DNA of 64,000 nt from a virus (IMGVR_UViG_3300032004_000002:1-64000), one strand, 5' to 3'. Counted from the stretch's first letter, positions 10,462 to 20,717 are shown. Program-made: numbers and translations. The notes: a model not told the origin generated them from the letters alone.

Positions 10462-11283
10462 TTATGGTAGTGGTTGACCTATACCAAATCCATTGTCACC
10501 ATTGACCACTCCAGACAGGGAATCAGCTTTAGGGCTATCGGGGTCATCTGATTCTACAGGATTGGATGTACTATCTTGAGTACCTTTCTTTTGTTCTGTT
10601 GTGGCTTTTTTCTTTAACGGTTCAGCAAGATACTTAGGAAGTTGTCCTTTTTTTATCTGTACAAAACTTACTTGCTCCAGAACCATATCAAAATAAAGAC
10701 CATCACCTGTTGCAGTGTCTTCTTTAAATCTTAAAGTTGTTAGAACCAGATTGGAAGTAATCCTTGAAATTACAATCCCTGTATACTCATATAGCTGGAC
10801 TAGTTGAACATTTGACTCAAACTTGTTTCTAGCTTCGTTGTAATTAATTCCAGACATTAATGAAATCAGCCCATCTCTTACTTGATCCGTAACTATAGTT
10901 CTGTCAATCCCTATAGTTACTTCAGGTAATTCTGGCTGGAAAAATTGACCAATAACATCTGGAACAAGTTTGAATAGATCGGATTCTTTAGAATTGATAC
11001 TAACTGCTTCCGTTAAATCATAGGCATTATAGGGGATGTTCCCCTCCAAGTCCCTAATCAAATTAGTGAAAGTACTAATATCAGTTCCACTGATCACTCC
11101 ACTCAACCCAAACACGGGATTTTCTTTTATGAAATGATCAGATATCATGGATCCGCTGTCAATTGGATGTTTTGTTACCTGTCCCTTATAGTCTTGGGTA
11201 AATACTGATATTGCATCAAAGTATATGAGCCCTGATGATTTATCAGGCTCTTCAAGAGAACCCCATTTTAATGAAAAGCTCAT
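10462..11283 (-). CDS. Dit-like tail/baseplate protein
   Basis: VTKHPIDSGSMISDH motif directly after the tape measure. Confidence 0.7.
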   Translation of the reverse strand: MSFSLKWGSLEEPDKSSGLIYFDAISVFTQDYKGQVTKHPIDSGSMISDHFIKENPVFGLSGVISGTDISTFTNLIRDLEGNIPYNAYDLTEAVSINSKESDLFKLVPDVIGQFFQPELPEVTIGIDRTIVTDQVRDGLISLMSGINYNEARNKFESNVQLVQLYEYTGIVISRITSNLVLTTLRFKEDTATGDGLYFDMVLEQVSFVQIKKGQLPKYLAEPLKKKATTEQKKGTQDSTSNPVESDDPDSPKADSLSGVVNGDNGFGIGQPLP

Positions 11284-11293
11284 ATACTATCCT

Positions 11294-13219
11294 TTATTGT
11301 ATTTTACTAAACCGCAAACCTGCTGTCTCAATTTCACTGCGGAAGGCTTCCCCTACCATTTGCCCAGCACGTTGCATGTCTTGTTCACCATTACCTACGC
11401 TGCCCAAACTAATAGTAACATTGAAAGTATTGTTACTATTGTTTGTAGAGGCTTGAGCCATAGCTTGTTCCCTTGCCATATTGCCTGCATTTTCAGGGTT
11501 TTGGGAGTTTAAGTAATTGCCGTACTGAATAGGGGCTTCATACTTCTTCCAATCAGGAGCTTCACCGTTGAGCCAAGCAGAGCCTGTATAAGTTACTAAA
11601 CTGCCCAAGGTTTCTGCTGTGTTCCAAATACTGCTGGCATTCGCACGAGCCAAACCCCAACCTTGTTTCACAAACTCAGGTGCTCCAGGGATCGCGCTGT
11701 TTGCTTGATCGTAGCCTTTTTGATTTTCAGATGCTTGTATTAGCCCAGTATTAGTAACAAAACGAGATACAGAGCCAGCAGCACCTACTGCTAGGGCAAC
11801 ATCATTCGTTGTATTCTTAGCCAAATTTCCAAAGTTCAGGAACGGGTTAGTTTTACCCTCCGTACTTCTCACGATACTATCTATAAGTAACGATACGGAC
11901 TCTAGATCAGTCTTATACTGTTGAATTTTATCAGTACCAAGCCACTCAGCGACCTGACTCTGTTTACCATCAAGAGCCCGACTGAACGACTGTGGAATCA
12001 GTGCAAGTTTGGAGAACTCAATAGTGGCTTGATTAAAGCCTTCAGCTAAGTTTTGAACAAGATTTGTATTGTCATTCAAGCCCGTTGACAGTGTACGGAA
12101 GAGTCTTGCGAAACCCTCCTCGATGCCGGATTTAGAAGCCAGAACAGACATATCACTAACTGCGTTTTGGAAACGGGCTTGCTCACCTTGGGACGCTTGG
12201 GACGCATAACCTAATGCACCGCCTTTATTAGCTCTTTCAGAAGCAGCAGTGCCTGCATAGGTGAGGATGTCACTGCTAACCTTACCCTTCTTCATGTCAG
12301 CCATAAGCTGCTGAATGGCTTTTGCTCCGGTTTTATTACCGCCAATTTGTTTTTGGTAGGCTTCTGCAAACAGTGCAGTACCTCCTGGCAGCGCTTCTGC
12401 AATTTGTTGAGTAAGTTCTTCTGCTTGAAGTTTACCCTTACCTGCCACTTGAGACAGAGCACGGAACAATCTGTTTTGAGTGGTCTTATCGAGCTTGTTA
12501 ACCCTCGCTAATTCAGCAAAACCGCTAAAAACTTTCTGGCTTTCTTTAAGGCCAACACCCGACCCAGTAAGACCAGAGATAAGTTTGTTATAGTCACCAG
12601 AGGCGTCTAAATAATTGAATCCAACGCGGTTGGCCTCAGACCTTAAATATTGAAAAGAATTAGTACCTTCTTGTGCTGTTCCTCCGGCTTGCTGAACTAC
12701 GGCTTGGGATTGTAGTTGAGCACTGACAACTTGTTGGTTACGTTGGTTAAGTTGACTTAAACCATAACCACCTCCAGCCAAAGCCACCGCTGGACCCCAC
12801 AACCTAGAGGCAACACCACCAGCAACACCGGCTCCTGCCATATGACGTCCGTTGATATTATTGCCACCAAGAGGGCGGTTTGCATGAGGACGAAGATTCA
12901 TTTCACGGTTAGCAACAGCCACAGCTTGCCTAACTGCTGTAGATAAACTACGAGTAAGAGCTTGCCTGTCTATAGCAAAATTCGCAAAGGGGACTACTAT
13001 AGCCCTTGAAGCATTATCAACAGCACGTTGTAACACACTTCTAAGTCTGGTGTTGTCTACCGAGAAGTTAGAAAACTTCAGCGCGGTTGTCATCTGGGAT
13101 TTCTGTGCATGACGTTTCATTTTGGCATCAATAAGCTTAAGGTAACGATCAACCTTATTGAGTTGAGCCATGTCAACAGAGACGCCAACTTTGCTAATAT
13201 ACTCGGCAATAGTAGTCAC
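11294..13219 (-). CDS. tape measure protein
   Basis: Ala/Gly-rich helical protein; RALSQVAGKGKLQAEEL..QIAEALPG motif; follows the chaperones. Confidence 0.9.
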   Translation of the reverse strand: MTTIAEYISKVGVSVDMAQLNKVDRYLKLIDAKMKRHAQKSQMTTALKFSNFSVDNTRLRSVLQRAVDNASRAIVVPFANFAIDRQALTRSLSTAVRQAVAVANREMNLRPHANRPLGGNNINGRHMAGAGVAGGVASRLWGPAVALAGGGYGLSQLNQRNQQVVSAQLQSQAVVQQAGGTAQEGTNSFQYLRSEANRVGFNYLDASGDYNKLISGLTGSGVGLKESQKVFSGFAELARVNKLDKTTQNRLFRALSQVAGKGKLQAEELTQQIAEALPGGTALFAEAYQKQIGGNKTGAKAIQQLMADMKKGKVSSDILTYAGTAASERANKGGALGYASQASQGEQARFQNAVSDMSVLASKSGIEEGFARLFRTLSTGLNDNTNLVQNLAEGFNQATIEFSKLALIPQSFSRALDGKQSQVAEWLGTDKIQQYKTDLESVSLLIDSIVRSTEGKTNPFLNFGNLAKNTTNDVALAVGAAGSVSRFVTNTGLIQASENQKGYDQANSAIPGAPEFVKQGWGLARANASSIWNTAETLGSLVTYTGSAWLNGEAPDWKKYEAPIQYGNYLNSQNPENAGNMAREQAMAQASTNNSNNTFNVTISLGSVGNGEQDMQRAGQMVGEAFRSEIETAGLRFSKIQ

Positions 13220-13494
13220 TTAGTATTCTTCCTTTTAATTTCTTCGTCAAGCCTTGCTTGTTCTTTTAAGGCTTCTGTTGCATCAATTATTTCAAGAAAG
13301 TTATAGAAATCATCTAAACAATACTTGGTCCGAAGATCATGAAGCGTGCAGAGCTGGGGGCTGTTGTACATCAATAAACGCATAACACTGTAGTCTTGAG
13401 ATAAATTATCATCTACCTCTTTTTCTACCCTATTAAGTTTTCTTTGTTGCGATTCAGGTTTTACAGTTCTTCTGAATCGCTTACGTCCAAAGGG
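13216..13494 (-). CDS. tail assembly chaperone, -1 frameshift extension
   Basis: Open -1 frame from CCCTTTG (PFGRKRFRR...LDDFYNFLEII...) ending at TGA that overlaps the TMP start. Confidence 0.75.
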   Translation of the reverse strand, partial: PFGRKRFRRTVKPESQQRKLNRVEKEVDDNLSQDYSVMRLLMYNSPQLCTLHDLRTKYCLDDFYNFLEIIDATEALKEQARLDEEIKRKNTK

Positions 13495-13760
13495 TCGGTA
13501 AAGTTAAACTCCAGCACTTCACCATAAAGCTTCATGAGATGTGGCAGGCGGCCGGAGAACAATTGACTGAACTTCTTAGGGTCAATAGCTAGGCTATTAA
13601 GGGTTACACCTTTAGCAATCATCTCTTGGATCAGTTGTGGACTAGGACTAGCCACTTTAAATTGATAATCCAAGCCTGTCATTGCATCATAGGCTGTGAT
13701 TTTATATTCTGTACCATCAATTTCTACTGTTTTAGATGGGCGTTGGTAAATCTCACTCAT
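13461..13760 (-). CDS. tail assembly chaperone
   Basis: 99 aa upstream of the TMP, with a slippery heptamer near the 3' end. Confidence 0.8.
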   Translation of the reverse strand: MSEIYQRPSKTVEIDGTEYKITAYDAMTGLDYQFKVASPSPQLIQEMIAKGVTLNSLAIDPKKFSQLFSGRLPHLMKLYGEVLEFNFTDPLDVSDSEEL

Positions 13761-13777
13761 ATAAATCCTCTTAACTA

Positions 13778-14260
13778 TTAGAACAAACCGCTAACTTTAT
13801 CAACAATGTTGTCAAATAGTTTTGTTTGTGGTTTTGTATTACCACCGTATACCCAAGTGGCAGTTGTTTGACAATAAATATTCCAGACCCTGTATTCAAT
13901 CTCTGATGTATATTCTGCTGCGGGGTATGCTGTAATGTACCCATCAACAGTTGAGAATATACTTCTGCCTGAATTATCTTTAAGAGTTATTACAAGTCTG
14001 CCCGTACCGTACTGAAGATCCAAATCATGGACATTAGCAAGAACATCATTGACAGGGCACGTCTGGATGATAGATAAGCTCAAGGTTGCTGATGTGTTGG
14101 TATTACGAGTTCGAGTGCTTTTGTTTCTAATGCCAACGTAGGGTGTGTACCCTTGCACATTCCTCTGAATAGAAATTCTATCCCAACCAAAAACTTTATA
14201 CCCCCCAATAATCAAATCTACGCTATCAGGCGAGTATGTATTTATACTAAATTCACCCAT
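13778..14260 (-). CDS. tail tube-related structural protein
   Basis: YSPDSVDL motif, distant paralogue of the two upstream genes. Confidence 0.6.
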   Translation of the reverse strand: MGEFSINTYSPDSVDLIIGGYKVFGWDRISIQRNVQGYTPYVGIRNKSTRTRNTNTSATLSLSIIQTCPVNDVLANVHDLDLQYGTGRLVITLKDNSGRSIFSTVDGYITAYPAAEYTSEIEYRVWNIYCQTTATWVYGGNTKPQTKLFDNIVDKVSGLF

Positions 14261-14763
14261 TATAGGAAACTCGAAATAAGTGGTGCAGCAGATGCTACTG
14301 TGTTTAGTAAATCCTCAATTAAGCCAGATTCACCGTCGTTGCCGCCGATATTAATTGCAGCTTGGGCACATTTAATGACCCACACCCTCTCACCGATAGA
14401 ATTAGCAAAGTCCATTACAGGTAGACCTTCAATCCAACATGTTGTAGCTACAAATAAACTGCTACCAAGTTGATCCTTAATGATGACTGGGAACTTACCC
14501 ATCTGGGTGAACTCATCAATTTGCCAAAGCTTTGTAAGGATATCGTTGAATGGGCTTGCACTGTGAAGTGTCAATGTCAGGGTGTAGCTTTGACTATTGA
14601 TGTAACGTCTTGCAATGACACCATCTGCTGTAGTTGTACTTGAAAATGGCGCTATGTCTTTTGATATACCTACAAATGTACCATCTACATAGCCCACCAT
14701 TTCCATGAATCCGGCCAAGAGGATAGTTACATCCTCGGGGCTGTAGGTAAGTAACCCGCTCAT
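14260..14763 (-). CDS. tail tube-like protein (paralogue)
   Basis: YSPEDVTI, GYVDGTF, LTLHSAS motifs shared with 14807..15334. Confidence 0.7.
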   Translation of the reverse strand: MSGLLTYSPEDVTILLAGFMEMVGYVDGTFVGISKDIAPFSSTTTADGVIARRYINSQSYTLTLTLHSASPFNDILTKLWQIDEFTQMGKFPVIIKDQLGSSLFVATTCWIEGLPVMDFANSIGERVWVIKCAQAAINIGGNDGESGLIEDLLNTVASAAPLISSFL

Positions 14764-14780
14764 TAGCTATCCTCAAAATA

Positions 14781-14802
14781 ATAAGGGGCTTTCACCCCTT
14801 AT
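14781..14802 (-). terminator. intrinsic terminator after the tail tube gene
   Basis: ATAAGGGG-TGAAAG-CCCCTTAT followed by TATTTT on the minus strand. Confidence 0.75.
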
Positions 14803-14806
14803 ATAA

Positions 14807-15334
14807 TTATTGCTGAGGTAACCAACGGGGATCAATAGTGCCCCCAAGAGATTGGTAATCAGCAGCGGTGGCAGGACTGAATTCAGCGTTACCCCCTTGG
14901 ACCTGTTCAAGTTTAACCGCATGAATAGACCAATCACGACTATCAATTGCATTGGAATATGTGCTATCTGGGTTATTACCAATATAGCACTGACGGCTGA
15001 AGTAGATACTACGCCCGGTGTTATCCTTAATGGTCATAGAGAACAAGTTTGTGTTGTCGCGAGTCTGCTCGTCGTTACGAAGCAACTGCCCCAAAATATC
15101 ATTACTCTCACTGGTCATCATAAGGGAGAGCGTAAGGGTAGAGTTTTTATTTGAGCGAACAACTCGTGCATTAGAAACATCTGATCCACTATAAGGTTCC
15201 GATGCTAACACAAGACGACTGATAGTAAGAAATGTACCATCAACATACCCATTAACAACATGGGACAAATTACCCTGAGCAATAACGATAGTTACATCCT
15301 CGGGGCTGTATGAAGCTAATACTTCGTTTGCCAT
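14807..15334 (-). CDS. tail tube protein
   Basis: Directly after the sheath; YSPEDVTI, LSLMMTSESND motifs. Confidence 0.8.
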   Translation of the reverse strand: MANEVLASYSPEDVTIVIAQGNLSHVVNGYVDGTFLTISRLVLASEPYSGSDVSNARVVRSNKNSTLTLSLMMTSESNDILGQLLRNDEQTRDNTNLFSMTIKDNTGRSIYFSRQCYIGNNPDSTYSNAIDSRDWSIHAVKLEQVQGGNAEFSPATAADYQSLGGTIDPRWLPQQ

Positions 15335-15353
15335 TTAGTGGCTCCTTTAAGAT

Positions 15354-16640
15354 TTAGATAGAAGCCGTCGCACGAATAATGACTTTACGAACCGAACCAG
15401 CAAGGCGGAAAGTTACGATAAAATCACCAAGTACGCGTTGAGCACGCAACGTAGGACTAACGAGCAATGGGTCCGGTGCGATAACGGTGTATGCCGGATT
15501 AGGTGCAATACCACCATTGGTGACGCCAAGATCTAGAACACCATTCAAATCATTTTGAATAATAGTGGCACCAGCACGGGTGTATGGGATCTTCTTGCTG
15601 TTAATGAAACGAAACACTACAATTTCTTGCCAACGAGCACGCAGCCAATCTAGGAAAATAGTTTCATCAATTGGAGTACCAGAAGCCATGTTACCGTTTT
15701 GGAAGATATTAACACCTGCACGCTTAGTGTAGAGGTTACCATTTTTAGCGGTTACGTTTACACGAGCTGTAGATGAAACATTACTTACAGTAATACCAGA
15801 CGCCTGTTTAAAATCCCAATCATTACTACCTGGGGTTTCAGGGAGTTGAGTGCTCATCCATGCAGCTTCTGGATAGTCAACATCAGCGGTGGCGGTATAT
15901 ACCCAATAAGTCCGGTTATAGCTGTTTGCGGAAAGCATCGCGCCAATATCAGTAGTGCCAGTACTCAGAGCAGCAACATCTTGCGTAGACGTGCCATAGA
16001 TTTTATAACGAGCTTCAATAGCACCTGCCAACGCCATTACATCTGCCGGTACATGAGTCTCAGCAACCATACCGTACCAAACATCATTTTCTTCATCAAC
16101 TGCTGTAAGTGCATCAGGCCAAGTTTCAGTAGATGCAGCATTTGCAAAAGTGAGGTTAGAAGTACCGGTAGCACTCCATGCAGCACCCGGAGTAGTTGGA
16201 GCAATAGAGATACTGGTAGTGCCAGAGACCGTAATACCTGTTGGGGATCCGATTGCTGCCAAAAGACCAGTTACAATACTAGTAGCTGTAGCTGAACCAC
16301 CGGAAGTAAAGCTGTATGGGACGCCATTAATGGTGAGGGTATAGACAGTATTGTTAGCAACGGTTGGTGTGACTACAGTGGAAGGAACTTGTCGGCGTCC
16401 AACCACAATAGACGAAGGTCTAACTCCAGCACCTGAAAAGAGTTTACTAGCTATATTGTAGACATTACTGGTAGAGCTGAAATCATCCCCTACCTCATCA
16501 ATACTCGTGTACGTGCGAGTACGTTCTGAGAAGTTTGTAAAAGTTGCCAACAGAAGTGGGATACCAAAACTTGCTGTGTCAATTGCAGTAGACTCTTTGG
16601 TGATGAAAATTTCCACCATATCTGAGTAGTTGTCTGCCAT
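15354..16640 (-). CDS. tail sheath protein (DUF3383-like)
   Basis: FGIPLL, YPEAAW, KIPYTRAG, FRLAGSVRKV motifs. Confidence 0.85.
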   Translation of the reverse strand: MADNYSDMVEIFITKESTAIDTASFGIPLLLATFTNFSERTRTYTSIDEVGDDFSSTSNVYNIASKLFSGAGVRPSSIVVGRRQVPSTVVTPTVANNTVYTLTINGVPYSFTSGGSATATSIVTGLLAAIGSPTGITVSGTTSISIAPTTPGAAWSATGTSNLTFANAASTETWPDALTAVDEENDVWYGMVAETHVPADVMALAGAIEARYKIYGTSTQDVAALSTGTTDIGAMLSANSYNRTYWVYTATADVDYPEAAWMSTQLPETPGSNDWDFKQASGITVSNVSSTARVNVTAKNGNLYTKRAGVNIFQNGNMASGTPIDETIFLDWLRARWQEIVVFRFINSKKIPYTRAGATIIQNDLNGVLDLGVTNGGIAPNPAYTVIAPDPLLVSPTLRAQRVLGDFIVTFRLAGSVRKVIIRATASI

Positions 16641-16655
16641 TATTATTTTCCTATC

Positions 16656-17213
16656 TTATGGATTGGTGGGAAGTGGTGGGATATAAATTCTCTCATCAGG
16701 ATCTTGTCCCAACCCAAGAATACTAATACGCTCAACCACATCAACTTTCTGTGTGGTCTTAACTGCATAACTGAATGTTACATCTAGGTTTTGATATTCA
16801 ATCCACTTTGTATCACGTTTTATAGGTAAACGTCTTAGTGGACTTTTTCTAAGGGGAGCTAATTGATTCTTCTGAAAAGCTTCCCACATTACTACGTTAT
16901 TACTCATAGCAGTGTTGAAATCATATGCCATATCACCCGCCAAACTACCACAGAAAGTAAACTGTGCTGTAATTTCATATTGTGTGAAGATGGTTAGATT
17001 TTCAGCTTCATCGGTCAGAGTGGAAAAAGATGTCCTGCCAACCTGATCAACGGTCACTATTTGAATAACGACATAGGGTGTACTAGGTTCAGCCCCATTT
17101 TGATGCGAAAATATGATTCCTTTATCCTGATCTTCTTCACTGGGAAAGTAATCGCTTAATACAACGGCAGTACCGTCCCTTAATCCTGTTCTAACTTGGC
17201 TGTACACACTCAC
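16656..17213 (-). CDS. tail completion/terminator protein
   Basis: Position before the sheath; PYVVIQI motif. Confidence 0.65.
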   Translation of the reverse strand: MSVYSQVRTGLRDGTAVVLSDYFPSEEDQDKGIIFSHQNGAEPSTPYVVIQIVTVDQVGRTSFSTLTDEAENLTIFTQYEITAQFTFCGSLAGDMAYDFNTAMSNNVVMWEAFQKNQLAPLRKSPLRRLPIKRDTKWIEYQNLDVTFSYAVKTTQKVDVVERISILGLGQDPDERIYIPPLPTNP

Positions 17214-17216
17214 GTA

Positions 17217-17702
17217 TTATTTCCCTCTTTTACCAAGGCGCCATTCTACGGAGTCGCGCATTTTACCTGTCCAAACAAGAGGATCGTTACGACCTTTTTG
17301 TTCCTGTGTTTTTAAACTATTAGGTGGGGTTTCCCAGTCACTGATAACTTTTTTCAAATCAGCAGATAACTTAGTTCCTATAGTGGCATAAAGTTGCTGC
17401 CAAGTAATTTCACCTACAGCTACTTTTGAAACTAATAGCGCAACTTCTTTTCCGAACTTCTTATCTTTTTTCAAAGCATTTATAAAATAACGCATGAAGG
17501 GCCGCATAGGGTTATCTGGGGTTCCTTCTTCGTTATATTGCGCTACCTGAGCTACGGGAAGATTGTCATTCTCTGACCCATAGTTCGAACCGGGAAAGAA
17601 GCCTAAATCAAGGTTTAAATCCTTACCTTTCATTAGGTTTTTCTTTATGTTTTCCCACGAAGATGTGTCACTTAAGTATCCGCCCTTGTCAACTAAAGCC
17701 AT
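17217..17702 (-). CDS. neck/tail completion protein
   Basis: AQYNEEG..PMRPFMR and PLVWTGKMRDSV motifs. Confidence 0.7.
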   Translation of the reverse strand: MALVDKGGYLSDTSSWENIKKNLMKGKDLNLDLGFFPGSNYGSENDNLPVAQVAQYNEEGTPDNPMRPFMRYFINALKKDKKFGKEVALLVSKVAVGEITWQQLYATIGTKLSADLKKVISDWETPPNSLKTQEQKGRNDPLVWTGKMRDSVEWRLGKRGK

Positions 17703-17715
17703 AGAAAATACCTAG

Positions 17716-18492
17716 TTAATTTGGGGTTAGTTCTGTTCTTGCAGCCCAACCAAGGTCTTCAAAGAAAAATCCATCTTCGACTAAAGTTGCATAACCCCTA
17801 AGAAGAATTGTCATAACTGGGTCAACCTTATGATTACCACCTTTGTGAATTTCTTTGTGACAAGGCACACATAATGTCACTAGGTTGTTTTCGATAAAAC
17901 GGGAATTAACATTTGTTGCCCAAGGTTCAATATGATGCACATTTAGTTGTTTTCCAGTCTGAGAACACCAAGAACAAGTATATTTATCTCTCTTAAGGAT
18001 ATTTAATGCTAACGGCTTAAACTTAGAACGCTCTAAAGAGTCTTCGGTCTCAATAGGAACATTTTCAGGTAGTCCTTTATTTCGACGTATTTCTTTAAGT
18101 TGTGAAATTCTAGTTAGAGAAACAGCCTCTCTTTGTAGGCAGCCACAACTCTTTGTCCCGCCGCTCTGAAGAGAAGACTTTTTACTATAAGCTGTTCCAC
18201 CACACTCACAAGAACATACCCACTTACCTGTGGGCTCATCCAAAGAGATGACAGTCAACCTTCCATAAGTATGCCCGGTCAAATCTTCTCGTTGTGCTCT
18301 ACTGTGCATACCAATCAAGCATCCACAAGATTTAGTGGTGTACAATTTAGGCTGTCGTATAACTTTCTGATTACCGCAGTCACATTCACAGTTAAAGAAT
18401 TGTACCCGCGCCCTAACTCCTTTAGGGGAAACATAGTCTTCTACGTGATCAAGAGAAAGTACTACTAACTTATTAAACCTTCTACCAATCAT
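17716..18492 (-). mobile_element. HNH homing endonuclease
   Basis: CSWC...HHIEPW...NLVTLCVPCHKEIH; N-terminal C-x-C-x-CG..SCGC repeats; inserted between neck genes. Confidence 0.85.
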
Positions 18493-18505
18493 ATAAATCC
18501 CTTCC

Positions 18506-18880
18506 TTAGTTTGGAGTTAACTCTATACGAACACATTTAGCTTCACGGTGATCCCGAACACCCATAACGAAAGTTCGGACCATCATTACTTCATATATAT
18601 CACCGAGCCAAGAAAAACGGTCGGCACCAAACCCTCCAGACCCCTCTTTCTTTTGTCGAACATCAGAAGATGTAAATAACCAAACCCAACTTTTTGTCCT
18701 ATCCGATTCAGGAAGCATCATTACTTGATAATCGGAGAAAGGATGAACGTTAGCTTGGATAGTTACTTGTTGTTCAGACCCTTCCACCCATTCTCCATCA
18801 ACATAACTTCCTTGTGTGTGTCTGAGGATTGTCACGGGTGTTTTTTTAACTAATGAAAAATCAGCAATCGTCATAGCCAC
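18506..18880 (-). CDS. head closure protein
   Basis: GSYVDGEWVEG, IQANVHP motifs; position after the adaptor. Confidence 0.7.
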   Translation of the reverse strand: MAMTIADFSLVKKTPVTILRHTQGSYVDGEWVEGSEQQVTIQANVHPFSDYQVMMLPESDRTKSWVWLFTSSDVRQKKEGSGGFGADRFSWLGDIYEVMMVRTFVMGVRDHREAKCVRIELTPN

Positions 18881-19347
18881 TGACCTTCACAATAGTAACT
18901 ATTAAGATAAAAATCGTAAGATTCGTTATTCCACAAATAATGGTTGTATGGGCATCCTGTAATTCGGGGTAAACATAGCCTTACATTATCCCTATTACGA
19001 TTGTTTTTCAACATATCAATTCTTGAAATACCACCAGCATAAGGCATACCTACATAAAGAGAACTCTCCCCTTTATCAATGAGGTCATCCAATGCTGCTG
19101 TATATAGTGCTGCAAAATCACTCCAGACTTCGTACTTACCTGCTGTTTCCCTTGTTGGGAATTTAGCAATCTGGAAACGAATTACTTTGGCTGCTGCAAT
19201 TGCAGCAAGCATTTCATCGCCGTTGTATTTATCTAGATAATACTGATATGTGCTGTCGTCAAGAATCTCAAAATCGGAGAACACATCGCCCACAAGCAAT
19301 CGTACCCGGTCTATAGCACTTGTTGCAGGGTTTCCGGTGAAAGGCAT
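18871..19347 (-). CDS. head-tail adaptor protein
   Basis: IDRVRLLVGD..LDDSTYQYYL; PYAGGIS motif. Confidence 0.75.
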   Translation of the reverse strand: MPFTGNPATSAIDRVRLLVGDVFSDFEILDDSTYQYYLDKYNGDEMLAAIAAAKVIRFQIAKFPTRETAGKYEVWSDFAALYTAALDDLIDKGESSLYVGMPYAGGISRIDMLKNNRNRDNVRLCLPRITGCPYNHYLWNNESYDFYLNSYYCEGQWL

Positions 19348-19359
19348 GGGGCGGGTTCC

Positions 19360-19545
19360 TTAGACTTTAAGTGCAGCAATCAGTTCGTTTACTTTTGCAA
19401 CAGTAGTGGCCAAATCCGCGCCGCCAGCCAAGGGTGCAACGCTGGTGGGTTTCGTAGCTTGACCTGTGCCAATGTCTACCAGAAGTTTACGCAATGCATA
19501 CCAAAAACCGCCACGCTGGTAGTCTGGTTTCAATTCCAAAGCCAT
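19360..19545 (-). CDS. small virion protein
   Basis: 61 aa with GADLATTVAKVNELIAALK motif, common in head-fibre-like proteins. Confidence 0.5.
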   Translation of the reverse strand: MALELKPDYQRGGFWYALRKLLVDIGTGQATKPTSVAPLAGGADLATTVAKVNELIAALKV

Positions 19546-19576
19546 TTCTTATTCCTTCTTTAATAAAGTAAAGTAC

Positions 19577-19596
19577 TGAGGGGATTTCTCCCCTCA
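19577..19596 (-). terminator. intrinsic terminator after the major capsid gene
   Basis: TGAGGGGA-GAAA-TCCCCTCA followed by a T-rich tail on the minus strand. Confidence 0.75.
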
Positions 19597-19613
19597 TAAG
19601 AACAACCAGCCTA

Positions 19614-20717
19614 TTATGGGTAAGGTTGAACTGGTACAGTGCCAGTAGGCAGATAAGCAACAACGATTTCCTGCGGACGACTTACAAAGTTCAGGAGGTT
19701 AGTCTCTGTTTCAACTTCGATAATTTCGTCTTTAGGGTCGCGGAATTCCCATGCATACGAAGCTTGAGCAACCGAGTTAACAGTGCTGAACTTGTTAGGA
19801 GTAGCATAGTAGGTGGTAAACAGATCCTGTACACCCAGTGGCAGGAAGTATGCTTGACCTTCTGGAATAAAAGTAGTACCAGCTTGTGGACGGACTTCGT
19901 AGAAGGTTACACCTTGGTACTCAAAGCTGCGATACAGAACACCTTGATCACCCGGAACCAGACCGCCAGTCTGACGATTCAGCAGCAGGTTGGAAGTACC
20001 GCCTGCCAATTGAGCCTTCAGGATATCGGTGATGTATGGGTTGTTGATCAGTGCTTGGAAGTAAGTTGGCGAGCACAGAGCGATAAAGCGGTTAACAACC
20101 TCACCCGATTGTAGGTTATCTTGCAAAGCAGCAACAACGTTGTTGATCATTGCATCAGGAGTGGTCGATGCAGCCAGATCGGTAACAATTTGAGTACGCG
20201 ATACACCGAATTGCTGATAGAAGTTCTGAGTTACAGTACCACGTGGAGCATATACACCACCAGTTGTAATCAGGTTGAAACGGGAAACTTCCCGAACCCA
20301 AGCGTGAGCCTTACGGGCTTTTGCCAGTTTACGCTGACGAACAGCGTCGATGGTTTCCAGATCGTTACCTTGATACACTTGTGCCCAAGCAGCGATACCT
20401 TCTACGTCTTGTGGAGTGATGGCATAAGAGGCTGGGAAGTGAGGAACATCAATACGCAGATATTGTTTGTTATCTGGGGTCAGGGTTTGGGATTTTTCAC
20501 CCCAGTTGTAATCTTGCAGAGCACCGCTCAGAACTTCAGTGTACACAGGCACAAGAGCATGTTTTTGGGTCAAAAATACATCTTCAAACAGACCCAGTTG
20601 GTCCATCAAGAAGTAACGGTTAGGGATTACGTTTACCGCTGGGGTAATTTCAATACGCAGGTTGGCGTTTGCTGGATCAAAAGCAAGAGCCTTGCTGATA
20701 ATTTTTTGCTCAGACAT
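19614..20717 (-). CDS. major capsid protein (gpE-like)
   Basis: 367 aa, IPNRYFL..QLGLF, VPHFP, EVETETNL motifs; followed by a terminator. Confidence 0.9.
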   Translation of the reverse strand: MSEQKIISKALAFDPANANLRIEITPAVNVIPNRYFLMDQLGLFEDVFLTQKHALVPVYTEVLSGALQDYNWGEKSQTLTPDNKQYLRIDVPHFPASYAITPQDVEGIAAWAQVYQGNDLETIDAVRQRKLAKARKAHAWVREVSRFNLITTGGVYAPRGTVTQNFYQQFGVSRTQIVTDLAASTTPDAMINNVVAALQDNLQSGEVVNRFIALCSPTYFQALINNPYITDILKAQLAGGTSNLLLNRQTGGLVPGDQGVLYRSFEYQGVTFYEVRPQAGTTFIPEGQAYFLPLGVQDLFTTYYATPNKFSTVNSVAQASYAWEFRDPKDEIIEVETETNLLNFVSRPQEIVVAYLPTGTVPVQPYP

